From: an uncultured Alphaproteobacteria bacterium
GTDB lineage: Bacteria > Pseudomonadota > Alphaproteobacteria > ATCC43930 > CGMCC-115725
NCBI GenBank assembly: GCA_963730745.1
Contig: CAVSTA010000025.1
Location: 1 to 64,000, forward strand
Direction: 5' to 3'
DNA: 64,000 nucleotides
This document shows, one piece after another, positions 1 to 8,402 of the stretch (the stretch's first letter is position 1; every line of letters begins with the position of its first letter). The notes under the pieces were generated by a model. The model had not been told where the DNA came from, did no database searches, and was given only the letters and a program-made list of their open reading frames with translations. The position numbers and the translations under genes are program-made.

Positions 1-106
1 TTTCCATCCCTGACCGGTGGTCGACAGCCCGGTGATGGTGTTCGCCGCTGCCACATGTAGAATACGGGAGAATACGGTTGACTACACAATCTGGCTCGGA
101 GCGGAC

Positions 107-363
107 ATGGCGGGAAAGAATGTGCTCACGGTTGGAGTCTCGGCAGAGCTTCAAGACCGTCTCGACGCGATCGCCGCGCCATCGACCGACCAAGATCATG
201 GGTCGTCAACCGAGCACTCGAGGCGTTCGTGGAATCCGAAGCGTGGCGGATCGAGGAAATAAAACGCGGACTCGCCGAAGCGGATGCGGGTGAATTCGCG
301 AGCGATGCAGAGGTCGGCGCGATTTTCGAGAAGTGGCGCCGCGTAGATCGCGATGCGGGTTAG
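107..363 (+). pseudogene. ParD-like ribbon-helix-helix antitoxin, frameshifted (N-term MAGKNVLTVGVSAELQDRLDAIAA in one frame, C-term RAIDRPRSWVVNRALEAFVESEAWRIEEIKRGLAEADAGEF in another)
   Basis: Translation in two frames gives a contiguous ParD/CopG-like sequence. The stop overlaps the ATG of the downstream ParE toxin. Confidence 0.55.
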
Positions 364-637
364 GTGGTTGCGGGCCGGCCTCCGTAACCTCGATCAGCAT
401 GCGGACTACATAGCCAGGGATGACCCGATCGCGGCCCAGAATGCCGTGCAGCGCATTCGAGCGGCGGTCGATCAGCTCGCGGATTACCCGAATATGGGTC
501 GTACCGGCGGGGTTCCGCTGACGCGCGAACTGATCGTCGGCGGGACACGCTGGATCACCGTCTATCGCGTCCGCGAAGACGTGGTCGAGATAATCCGCGT
601 GCTGCACGGAGCGCAATTATGGCCGCCGCAGCGGTAA
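353..637 (+). CDS. parE: ParE/RelE-family type II toxin
   Basis: 94 aa with ParE-like motifs (LDQHADYIARDDPIAAQNAV...YPNMGR...TRELIV...YRVREDVVEIIRVLHGAQ). The ATG overlaps the antitoxin stop. Confidence 0.7.
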   Translation: MRVRWLRAGLRNLDQHADYIARDDPIAAQNAVQRIRAAVDQLADYPNMGRTGGVPLTRELIVGGTRWITVYRVREDVVEIIRVLHGAQLWPPQR

Positions 638-728
638 TAGCCAGTCCGCTGCATCTTCAGCGGCGCCGTGCTAGATTGACCGGGTGAGTGGCGGAAGAGC
701 CGCCGGCGAACATCTGCGAGGCAACAGC

Positions 729-995
729 GTGAACCCTCTTCTGGAACAAATCTCTATCGATCCCAGAATTTGCGGTGGCAAGCCCTGCATAAAGGGCACC
801 CGGATTTGGGTTTCGCTCATCCTCGATTTTCTTGCCGACGACATGACCGAGGCTGAACTGCTGGCGGAATATCCGGGGCTCACGCACGAGGACGTCTTGG
901 CGGCGATCGCATATGGCGCCGAAGCAGCCCGGAATGCGTCATCCCTGTCCTCGCCGAAAATGCGGCGTGAAATTCAAGCTCGACGAGAACCTTAG
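729..995 (+). CDS. DUF433-family antitoxin-like protein
   Basis: IDPRICGGKPCIKGTRIWVSLILDFLADDMTEAELLAEYPGLTHEDVLAAIAYG is a typical DUF433 signature. Likely GTG start at 729; partner of the downstream DUF5615 gene. Confidence 0.6.
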   Translation: MNPLLEQISIDPRICGGKPCIKGTRIWVSLILDFLADDMTEAELLAEYPGLTHEDVLAAIAYGAEAARNASSLSSPKMRREIQARREP

Positions 996-1334
996 CCGGC
1001 GCGCGGCCGATCTGATCCGTGCTGCAGGCCACGACGCCGTCACGGTCGTCGGTCATAGGGCTGCGTGGGGCGGCGGACGAGACGCTGTTCGAAATATGCG
1101 GGCGCGAAAGCCGAGTACTTATCAGAGTTGGATCGCGATTTTGGCCAAGTGCTTCGCTACCGGCCCGCTGCCAGCGCCGGCATAGTGATACTCGAAATCG
1201 GGCCTCGCGCCACACATGGAGCCCTCCTCGATCGCGTGCGAGAGCTGCTAACCGTACTCGCTACGCGGTCGCCGGAAGGCTCATTGTGGATCGTCGAACC
1301 CGGGCGTCTTCGAAATCCACCTCCCGTCGGATGA
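967..1334 (+). pseudogene. DUF5615 (PIN-like) toxin partner of DUF433, split over three frames
   Basis: VKFKLDENLSRRAADLIRAAGHDAVTVV / GLRGAADETLFEICGRESRVLI / TLDRDFGQVLRYRPAASAGIVILEIGP...LWIVEPGRLR are consecutive DUF5615 segments in three different frames (two frameshifts). Confidence 0.5.
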
Positions 1335-1348
1335 GGAAACGCAATAAA

Positions 1349-2290
1349 AGGCGCGCGGCGAGCGGCGGCGGGTGCGCTCGGATTGGATGGCGGTCGAGCG
1401 CGAGCGCGGCATCTCGGTCTCCTCGGCGGTGATGAGCTTCGAGCACGGGGGCTCGCCTTCAACCTGCTCGACACGCCGGGCCACCAGGAATTCAGCATTC
1501 GAGGACACCTACCGACCCTGACCGCGGTCCCCAGCGCGGTGATGGTGCTGGACCCGCCCATGGCGCCAAGGGCATCGAGGAGCAGACCCGTAAGCTCTTC
1601 GAGGTCTGCCGGCTGCGCGACGTGCCGATCATCACCTTCGTCAACAAGCTCGACCGCGAGAGCCGCGACCCGTTCGACCTGTTGGACGAGATCGAGCAGG
1701 TCTCTGGGGCTCGACGTGATCCCGGCCTCCTGGCCGATCGGCATGGGGCGCGACTTTCTCGGCACCTACGACCTGTTCGCCGATGCGCTGTTATTGTTCG
1801 AGCGCGGCGTCCACGACCGCGTCACCGAGCCGGTCCGTGCAGCGGCCTCGATGACCCGCAATTGCCGCGGCTCCGGCCGAAAGCCGCCCTCGCCAAATTG
1901 CGCGAGGAGATCGAGATGGCGAAGGGGTTGTGCCCGCCTTTCGACCCTGAGGCTCATCGCGAGGGCCATTTGACGCCGGTCTATTTCGGCCGGTGCGCTG
2001 AACAATTTTGGCGCGCGCGGACTGCTGGCCGGGGTCGGCGAACTGGCTCCGGCGCCGCGCCCACAGCTAGCCGCGCCGCCGGCCAATCTCGCCCGAGGAG
2101 CCCGCGGTCACCGGTTTTCGTCTTCAAGGTGCAGGCCAATATCGACCCGCAGTACCGCGACCGCATCGCCTTTGTGCGGATCGCCTCCGGCCGTTTTCAG
2201 CGCGGCATGGAATTGAGGAACATCCGCTCCGGGCGGCTATCGGCCCGCTCGGGGCGTCCAACATCAGTTCAAATTGAGCAGCAAGCGCGG
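1349..2290 (+). pseudogene. prfC: Peptide chain release factor 3 (prfC) fragment, roughly aa 45-345, with many frameshifts, truncated at the AT-rich islet
   Basis: RF3 segments in shifting frames: KARGERRRVRSDWM..ERGIS, NLLDTPGHQEFS, LTAV, RKLFEVCRLRDVPIITFVNKLDRESRDPFDLLDEIEQV, WPIGMGRDFLGTYDLF, FVFKVQANIDPQYRDRIAFVRIASGRFQRGMELRNIRSGR. Confidence 0.7.
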
Positions 2291-2300
2291 GTATGTGTAC

Positions 2301-2570
2301 CTAGAGTCCTACCAAACCTCTCCGATGCAATAACGTAAGATAACATCTGCTCAGCACCTGCACCGCCGGCTCATAGCGCGCATCCTGAGATGGGACATAA
2401 TCGAAATTATCTTCCAAATTCTTATTCTCAAGAACGTAGTTTTGATTATAGATTTGTAGTTCCGTTACTACCCTTTTCGCGCACTCTGAAGCTAGCTGTT
2501 GCGCGTCCACTAGCGCCAATGCGCTCTTAGCGCTTCTTGCGCACAGTTCTCCGAGATATACATCTTTCAC
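2301..2570 (-). CDS. Hypothetical protein (89 aa), third gene of the AT-rich islet
   Basis: ORF in ~42% GC DNA, in contrast to ~67% flanks. GTG start preceded by GAGG, 16 nt after the upstream gene stop. No recognisable domain. Confidence 0.35.
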   Translation of the reverse strand: MKDVYLGELCARSAKSALALVDAQQLASECAKRVVTELQIYNQNYVLENKNLEDNFDYVPSQDARYEPAVQVLSRCYLTLLHRRGLVGL

Positions 2571-2586
2571 CAGCCTCAGAGCCCTT

Positions 2587-2997
2587 TCACGGACTTCTAA
2601 TTGGGATATTTCGCACGCGCGTCAAGCAGCCACAGTGCTTCATGAAAGTCAAGGTTAAGATATGATCGCAACGTAAAGCGTCCCACGCGCTACATGCTCT
2701 CGCCATGCTATCCGTAATTAGATCATATTGACCCAATGCCAAGTTCGGCTTTCTGCGCAATAAGTTTTGCCACTGTGGGTCAACCATGAGCCACGCACGC
2801 AACATGACTGCGACTTCATCTGGAGTAAAAGTATGCAAAATGCCAGAGCTAGCCTTGCTAGCGAGAGTTACCGCGAACCTCGCGTTCGCAACGAGAACTC
2901 TGGCTTGCTGAATATACCATTTCTGGTGAATTTGGAAGCTGTTCATCAACCCCAAATTCATCGCTTTGGCTAGTTCCGTAAGACTAGGCGCGGGCAT
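2587..2997 (-). CDS. Hypothetical soluble protein (~136 aa), second gene of the AT-rich islet
   Basis: Internal ATG (MPAPSLTELAKAM...) overlaps the stop of the upstream membrane-protein gene in another frame, suggesting translational coupling. AT-rich composition; no recognisable domain. Confidence 0.35.
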   Translation of the reverse strand: MPAPSLTELAKAMNLGLMNSFQIHQKWYIQQARVLVANARFAVTLASKASSGILHTFTPDEVAVMLRAWLMVDPQWQNLLRRKPNLALGQYDLITDSMARACSAWDALRCDHILTLTFMKHCGCLTRVRNIPIRSP

Positions 2998-3314
2998 CGT
3001 TGTACATCCCCGACGATCGTAATCGGTGGCACCGCGATTAGTAATATGATCGTATATAGCGAATAAGGTAACCAGACGCTCAACAACATTAATGATGGAT
3101 AAGTAAATATAATGTAAGATCCCGTACAGGCGACGATAATAATAGCAAGAGGAAGCCAATAACAAAGGCGGCGTAGAATATGACATATGGGCGCGCTTCC
3201 TTCTCTCATATAGGCAGTATAAACGGAATATAGATTACCAAACACCGATAGAAGCAATGAGCCGCTGGCGATAAGCGCTGAAACCAGGAAGGCTTCTAAC
3301 TGTGTCTCAGTCAA
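2970..3314 (-). CDS. Small membrane protein with ~3 predicted TM helices (114 aa), first gene of the AT-rich islet
   Basis: Hydrophobic segments LVSALIASGSLLLSVF, YWLPLAIIIVACTGSYIIF, LLSVWLPYSLYTIILLIAVPPI. Likely TTG start. Confidence 0.4.
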   Translation of the reverse strand: MTETQLEAFLVSALIASGSLLLSVFGNLYSVYTAYMREGSAPICHILRRLCYWLPLAIIIVACTGSYIIFTYPSLMLLSVWLPYSLYTIILLIAVPPITIVGDVQRCPRLVLRN

Positions 3315-3467
3315 ATCGTTTCAGGCCTGGTAGGGGTAAGGGGATGCGCTACCATACGTCGGGCGTTGCCGAGAAGGCCGGCGCTCATCATGTACTCGGC
3401 TCGACCGTAGGCCCAGCGGAACTGCGTCGAGAGACGGCCAGACCCCAGCAACCAGCTGAAGCGGATT

Positions 3468-3760
3468 GATGAGACGAGACCCTCCGCCGGCGGACGTTTG
3501 CGATCATTTCGGACCCCGGAGCCCGCAAGACGACACTGACCGAGAAATCGCTGCTGTTAGGCGTCGCGATCCAGCTCGCGGGCGAGGTGAAGGCGCGCGG
3601 GGAGCGACGGCGGGTGCGCTCGGATTGGATGAAGACGAGCGTAAGGGTGGCGATCTCTTTCTCCTCGGCGGTGATGAGCTTCGAGCACGAGGGGCACGCT
3701 TATGAACACTGCTCAATACGGTGGGCCACCAGGATTATCGGGAGGACACGTAGCGGTTCC
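3468..3760 (+). pseudogene. prfC: Second, diverged prfC N-terminal fragment (roughly aa 8-110) with an internal stop and frameshifts
   Basis: RRTFAIISDPGARKTTLTEKSLLLGVAIQLAGEVKARGERRRVRSDWM...SSAVMSFEHEGH...LLNTVGHQDYREDT*. About 80% DNA identity to 1349-1500. Confidence 0.55.
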
Positions 3761-3792
3761 GGCTTGGAGCACTGACCAAAGATTCGGTTGCC

Positions 3793-3900
3793 ATAATCGC
3801 ATGGTACGTCGGCGCATATCGGCGCCCGAGATCGGCAGGCAGTAGGCTTTTGGAGGGAGTTGGGAATACCTGATCTCAACCTGATAAAACAGGCAAAACA
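3793..3900 (+). repeat. Copy 1 of a ~110 bp conserved junction motif (ccataatcgcat ... ttggagggagttgggaatacctgatctcaacctgataaaacaggcaaaacagg)
   Basis: Shares the 12-mer, an SD-like box and an MPDL(D/N)LIKQ-coding start with copies at ~6600-6730 (-) and ~23500-23650 (-). Confidence 0.5.
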
Positions 3901-3927
3901 GGTGACGCGGTTAAGGTTGAGAGGTGC

Positions 3928-4290
3928 TCGATCCCGGGCTCGGCGAACCCTATCTCTATCGCCAGCTGGTCGGCCCCTGGATCCTTAACTTTCCGACGAA
4001 GGGTCACTGGCGCGCCGTATCTAACTTTCTGACATCTGGCGGGTATCCAATACCTGGTTGATCATTACAAAGAATGGGGTATTACCTCTATTGCTGTGCC
4101 GCCGCTTGGCTGCGGCAATGGGCAGCTTGATTGGAACGTCGTCGGCCCAACCCTATATCGATACCTCGCCGAGCTTAAAATCCCTGTTGAGCTGTACGCC
4201 CCGATCGGCGCGCCTGCTGAGCAGTTTCTGACGCGGCCAAATTCTGCCGCGACCTCGGGAGAGCCGCTCCGAGTGGTCGGGGCACGTCTA
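3928..4290 (+). pseudogene. Macro-domain (DarG-like ADP-ribose-binding fold) fragment, frameshifted
   Basis: GEPYLYRQLVGPWILNFPTKGHWRAVSNFLTSGG then GIQYLVDHYKEWGITSIAVPPLGCGNGQLDWNVVGPTLYRYL; the FPTK.HWR...SIAVPPLGCGNGGLDW pattern resembles DarG-type macro domains, recalled from memory only. Stop and frameshift present. Confidence 0.4.
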
Positions 4291-4299
4291 CGGCCAAGT

Positions 4300-4450
4300 C
4301 AGAGCCGAATTGGAGCGAACAGGTCAGCTTGCCGGGCCCCATGATATGTTGATCGGTGCACATGCGCGGAGCGCGGGCCTAATCGTTGTGACCAACAATC
4401 TCCGGGAGTTCGAACGTATCCCCGGTTTACGGATCGAGAATTGGGTGTAA
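4300..4450 (+). pseudogene. C-terminal fragment of a VapC PIN toxin (paralog of vapC at 7409-7810)
   Basis: GPHDMLIGAHARSAGLIVVTNNLREFERIPGLRIENWV* closely matches the C-terminus of the intact VapC. Confidence 0.55.
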
Positions 4451-4521
4451 TTATAGCGGGGAATTGCTCGTAATCGGAGAGTTCAGCGGGGCGGCAGGGG
4501 CCCCCCGCGGTTTAAGGAGCA

Positions 4522-5079
4522 TCAGGCTCGCGAATGCTCCATGGGCGGGCGCTCCGAGGCCGATTGGCTCGTGAAGGGCCGCAGTGCCTCCGGCGTGCGC
4601 ATGTCGCGCGGCGGGGTGAAATCCTTTCTTGCGATGCCGCGCATTTCTTCCGGCGGGCGCGGCATGCCGCGGCGATCGCTGTAATCGGGCGCCGGCCGGC
4701 TTGTGCCGGTAAGGGCCTGAGCAGTGATGCAGTCGAGCGCGGTCACGCCCGCCACTGCGGCGAGCGCAATGGCGACATTGCCTTTGCGCGGATTTTGCTC
4801 GTCGAGCCCGGTGGCGAGAGTCGCCAGATCGAGCGCATCGCCCGCAACCCGTCCCCAGATCCATGGACCCGGATTGTCGCTCATCAATATGCCGACGCCC
4901 GCCGCCATTTCGCGGGCGCCGTAAAACCGCAGCAGCGATTCTTTGCCTTGCATTCCCATTTGCTCGGTCAGCATCCTCGGCGCCAGCATCTCGGCGAGGC
5001 CGAGCCCGATGCTGAACCAGCCGAGACCGCGCGCCAGCGCCATTGCCGTGCCGTTCTGTCGATACGCCATGACATTCAC
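4522..5079 (-). CDS. Hypothetical membrane-associated protein
   Basis: 185 aa ORF immediately downstream of the dehydrogenase, with hydrophobic stretches. No domain recognised. Confidence 0.35.
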   Translation of the reverse strand: MNVMAYRQNGTAMALARGLGWFSIGLGLAEMLAPRMLTEQMGMQGKESLLRFYGAREMAAGVGILMSDNPGPWIWGRVAGDALDLATLATGLDEQNPRKGNVAIALAAVAGVTALDCITAQALTGTSRPAPDYSDRRGMPRPPEEMRGIARKDFTPPRDMRTPEALRPFTSQSASERPPMEHSRA

Positions 5080-5084
5080 CCCTT

Positions 5085-6254
5085 TTACGGTTTGAGCACG
5101 ACCTTGACGCAGCCGTCTTCCTTGTCGCGGAACGTCTTGTACATACGCGGACCGTCATCGAGGCTGACCTTGTGGGTGATGACGAACGACGGGTCGATCT
5201 GGCCCTCCTCGATGCGGTGCAGCAGATCGTCGGTCCAGCGGTTCACATGCGTCTGCCCGGTGCGCAAGGTCAGGCCCTTGTTCATGAACATCCCCATCGG
5301 GATTTTGTCCAACAGCCCGCCATAGACGCCCGGCATCGAGACCGTGCCTGCCGGACGGCAGACGTAAAAGATTTCCCTCAGCACGTGCGGCCTGTCCGTC
5401 TCGAGCATCAGCATCTGTTTCGCGCGGTCGTACATCGAGTCGATCGTGGCGGTGGCGTGCGCTTCCAGCCCGACCGCATCGATGCATTTCTCCGGCCCCT
5501 TGCCGTCGGTCAGGTCGTTCAGGCGCTCGACGACGCTCTCCTCTTCGAAATTGATCGTGATGGCGCCGCCGGCGCGCGCCATGCTGAGCCGCTCGGGCAG
5601 CCGGTCGATCGCAATGACCTGCTTGGCGCCGAGCAGGACGGCGCTGCGGATCGTCATCTGGCCGACCGGGCCGGCGCCCCAGATCGCCACCGTATCGGTC
5701 GGCTCGATGTCGCACTGGACCGCCGCCTGCCAGCCGGTCGGGAAGATGTCGCTGAGGAACAGCACCTTCTCGTCGTCGATCCCATCCGGGATCTTGACCG
5801 GGCCGACATCGGCGTAGGGAACGCGGACATATTCGGCCTGGCCGCCGGGATAACCGCCCGTCAAATGCGTATAGCCGAAGAGCCCGGCAGTCGTGTGCCC
5901 GAAGACCTTGTCGGCGAGATCCTTGTTGCGGTTGGTGCGCTCGCAGACCGAGAAATTGCCGCGCTTGCACTGGTCGCACTCGCCGCAGATGATCGTGAAC
6001 GGCACGACGACGCGGTCGCCGACTTTCAGCTTCTTGTTCTCCGAGCCGACCTCGACCACCTCGCCCATGAACTCGTGGCCCATGATGTCGCCGGATTTCA
6101 TACCCGGCATGAAGCCGTCGTAGAGGTGCAGGTCGGAGCCGCAGATCGCGGTGCTCGTGACCTTGACGATGGCATCGCGCGGATGCTCGATCCGCGGGTC
6201 AGGAACGCGGTCGCACCGAATGTCCTCTTTGCCGTGCCAGCACAGAGCTCTCAT
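5085..6254 (-). CDS. Zn-dependent alcohol dehydrogenase family protein, glutathione-independent formaldehyde dehydrogenase-like
   Basis: 389 aa with [27 protein letters not shown]-x2-C-x2-C ([10 protein letters not shown]) and a GAGPVG Rossmann motif. Confidence 0.75.
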   Translation of the reverse strand: MRALCWHGKEDIRCDRVPDPRIEHPRDAIVKVTSTAICGSDLHLYDGFMPGMKSGDIMGHEFMGEVVEVGSENKKLKVGDRVVVPFTIICGECDQCKRGNFSVCERTNRNKDLADKVFGHTTAGLFGYTHLTGGYPGGQAEYVRVPYADVGPVKIPDGIDDEKVLFLSDIFPTGWQAAVQCDIEPTDTVAIWGAGPVGQMTIRSAVLLGAKQVIAIDRLPERLSMARAGGAITINFEEESVVERLNDLTDGKGPEKCIDAVGLEAHATATIDSMYDRAKQMLMLETDRPHVLREIFYVCRPAGTVSMPGVYGGLLDKIPMGMFMNKGLTLRTGQTHVNRWTDDLLHRIEEGQIDPSFVITHKVSLDDGPRMYKTFRDKEDGCVKVVLKP

Positions 6255-6599
6255 CAGGAATTTCTCCTTCGGATTTGCCGAGCGGCTTGCCGCCCTATGA
6301 GGCGAAAACCGGGGCCGGCCGAGTTCGTTCCTGATTAGGCGACTTTCATGGACAGGGCGCCGTCTGCTCGCGTTGGGGTTGACGCACCGCCGATCGTCTC
6401 CACGACCGCTGTTCTGCCGGTTGCCTGACTTCGCACAATCCGTGATTAGAGTCGATTATTCCATCTTGCTGCATCTGCAGCAAATCAGCAGCAAAGCCTC
6501 GCCCATAGGTTGTTGAGCATGCCCGACCCGGAGCCGCCATCCCCGTCAAAGCAACGCCGCCGCGGCGAGCGTGGATTTCCTGCGCGAGCCGGCCCGCCG

Positions 6600-6730
6600 A
6601 CCGGGGGATCCGCCCTTGGCTGCCGCTCGTGCCGGTGCCTCGCTCCCTGTTTCCCCTGTTTTATCTGGTCGAGATCAGGCATCCGCAACTCCTTCAATCG
6701 CAATCCCGCACCCGCTCACGGGCTCGAGTG
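6600..6730 (-). repeat. Copy 2 of the conserved junction motif (ttgaaggagttgcggATGcctgatctcgaccagataaaacagg ... atgcgattatgg)
   Basis: See 3793-3900. Lies in the ~600 bp non-coding stretch between the dehydrogenase and the resolvase remnant. Confidence 0.5.
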
Positions 6731-6853
6731 TATAATGCGATTATGGTAATTGCGTGACGTTTATGCCATATTCACCAGACGGGCCGGCGCAATTCGACGC
6801 GCTTAGGCCATTTGTCCGATAACGCAAATGGGTTATGCATCCCGCAACTTATG

Positions 6854-6990
6854 ACCGAAACTCACCCGCAAAACCGCCGTTTCGGCTATGCCCGCGTCAG
6901 CACTGTCGGCCAGACGCTCGACAGCCAGCTTGAGCAGCTACGCGCCGCAGGATGCGCCGCCAAGATTTACCGCGAGAAGCAGCGCTGGTT
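6854..6990 (+). pseudogene. Serine recombinase (resolvase/invertase) N-terminal remnant
   Basis: MTETHPQNRRFGYARVSTVGQTLDSQLEQLRAAGCAAKIYREK matches the first ~43 aa of the resolvase catalytic domain, then diverges. Confidence 0.55.
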
Positions 6991-7178
6991 GCCGTTTGCG
7001 GGCGCGGTCGGGTGGGTCCTCGACGGAGCAAAATTATATTGCTTAGCGCGAGGTGGTCCAACTGGTCGGATCGGCCGGATGCCGTGAAACCGGGCATTGC
7101 CTTCTGCGCAAGCAGAACCCTTGAAACGAGCGCGATGGATGGAGCTATGTATATCCCGCTTGGATATACGAGAAGAAG

Positions 7179-7412
7179 ATGGCTCACTCGAGGATTTTTA
7201 AGACCAACCGAACCCAGGCGGTGCGCCTGCCGAAAGCGGTGGCATTCCCCGACCACGTACGCGAGGTCGAAATAATCCAGCTCGGCCAGAGCCGACTTAT
7301 AGTTCCCGTAGGGTTGCGCTGGGACGACTTCTTCCGGAATGGGCCGTCCGTATCCGAGGATTTTATGCAAGACCGGGAGCAGCCCGCCGCCGAGAGGCGA
7401 GAGCAGCTTTGA
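7179..7412 (+). CDS. vapB: VapB (AbrB/SpoVT-type) antitoxin
   Basis: MAHSRIFKTNRTQAVRLPKAVAFPDHVREVEIIQLGQSRLIVP; 4-nt overlap with vapC. Confidence 0.7.
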   Translation: MAHSRIFKTNRTQAVRLPKAVAFPDHVREVEIIQLGQSRLIVPVGLRWDDFFRNGPSVSEDFMQDREQPAAERREQL

Positions 7413-7810
7413 TGCTGCAATACATGCTGGATACGAACATCTGCGTCTACGTGCTCAAGAAACGCCCGGAGCAGCTGCGCGAAAGGTTCAACCGCTTGGC
7501 CGGGCAGCTTTGCATTTCCACGATCAGCCTAGCCGAGTTGTTGTACGGCGTGGAAAAATCATCCCGTCCGAATGAAAACCGCCAAGCGGTCGAGCAATTC
7601 GTCGCTCGGCTCGGTGTCCTGCCATTCTCGGCGTCGGCGGCCTCTCATTACGGGCAAATTAGGGTCGCTCTGGAGGGGGCCGGTCGACCGATCGGCGCGC
7701 ACGACATGCTGATCGGGGCCCACGCCCGCAGTGAAGGGATGACCGTCGTGACCAATAACCTCCGCGAGTTCGACCGTATTCCCGAGCTTGGAACGGAGAA
7801 TTGGGTTTAG
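7409..7810 (+). CDS. vapC: VapC PIN-domain toxin
   Basis: MLDTNICVYVLK...ISTISLAELLYG...HDMLIGAHARSEGMTVVTNNLREF. PIN motifs, 133 aa. Confidence 0.8.
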   Translation: MMLQYMLDTNICVYVLKKRPEQLRERFNRLAGQLCISTISLAELLYGVEKSSRPNENRQAVEQFVARLGVLPFSASAASHYGQIRVALEGAGRPIGAHDMLIGAHARSEGMTVVTNNLREFDRIPELGTENWV

Positions 7811-7811
7811 T

Positions 7812-8389
7812 TCACTGATCGGCCATCACCCGCGCCGCCAGCGCGGTCATGACCAGCGACAATCCGAAAAAGAGCATGTTGATGCCGACCAGGAGGCCGA
7901 TCGCCCAGTCGGCCGAGCTCGGCCATCCTGCCCAGATCAGGTAGGCGAGCAACAGGTCGACAATCCCGCTGAACAGCACCCAAACCCAACTGCGCAGATG
8001 CCGGCGATGTTCGATCGCGCCGATGATCGAGGCGATCCCCTCGACGATGAAGAACGCAACCAGCACCATCGTCAATGTCAGCACGCCAGCTAGGGGCCGC
8101 AGGATCAGTATCAGGCCCAACGCAACCGACAGCAGGGCTGTCAGCATCGACCAGGCAAAGCCCGGCATCTGCGCGAATGCCACGCCGAGGCGGCGCGGAA
8201 GACGCCTGCAATGAAGAACAGCCACCCGGCAAAGAGCGTCACCGCCACTGTGGCGACGTTGGGTTCGGCGACCGCCAGGAACCCCAGCACCATCATGACG
8301 ATGCCTTGGATCAGAAACAGCTTCCAATGTCTGTGTATCGTCAGCGCCAACTGGCTGCGCAGCCCGTCGATATCCGTTTGATTGCTCAT
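7812..8389 (-). CDS. HdeD-like (DUF308) acid-resistance membrane protein, one apparent frameshift
   Basis: N-term ORF (MSNQTDIDGLRSQLALTIHRHWKLFLIQGIVMMVLGFLAV...) and C-term ORF (repeated TM helices) lie in different frames. Confidence 0.5.
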
Positions 8390-8402
8390 CTCTGGAATTC
8401 CC

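Noticed and set aside
3330-3410. Small minus-strand ORF MMSAGLLGNARRMVAHPLTPTRPETI
   Set aside because: 26 codons in GC-rich DNA upstream of the islet operon, no RBS; likely part of the islet boundary rather than a gene.
1349-3760. Interpretation of the two prfC pieces as a recent tandem duplication or insertion with target duplication
   Set aside because: The shared ~170 bp is only ~80% identical and the order (C-part first, N-part second) is wrong for a simple insertion. They are treated as two diverged remnants of unclear origin.
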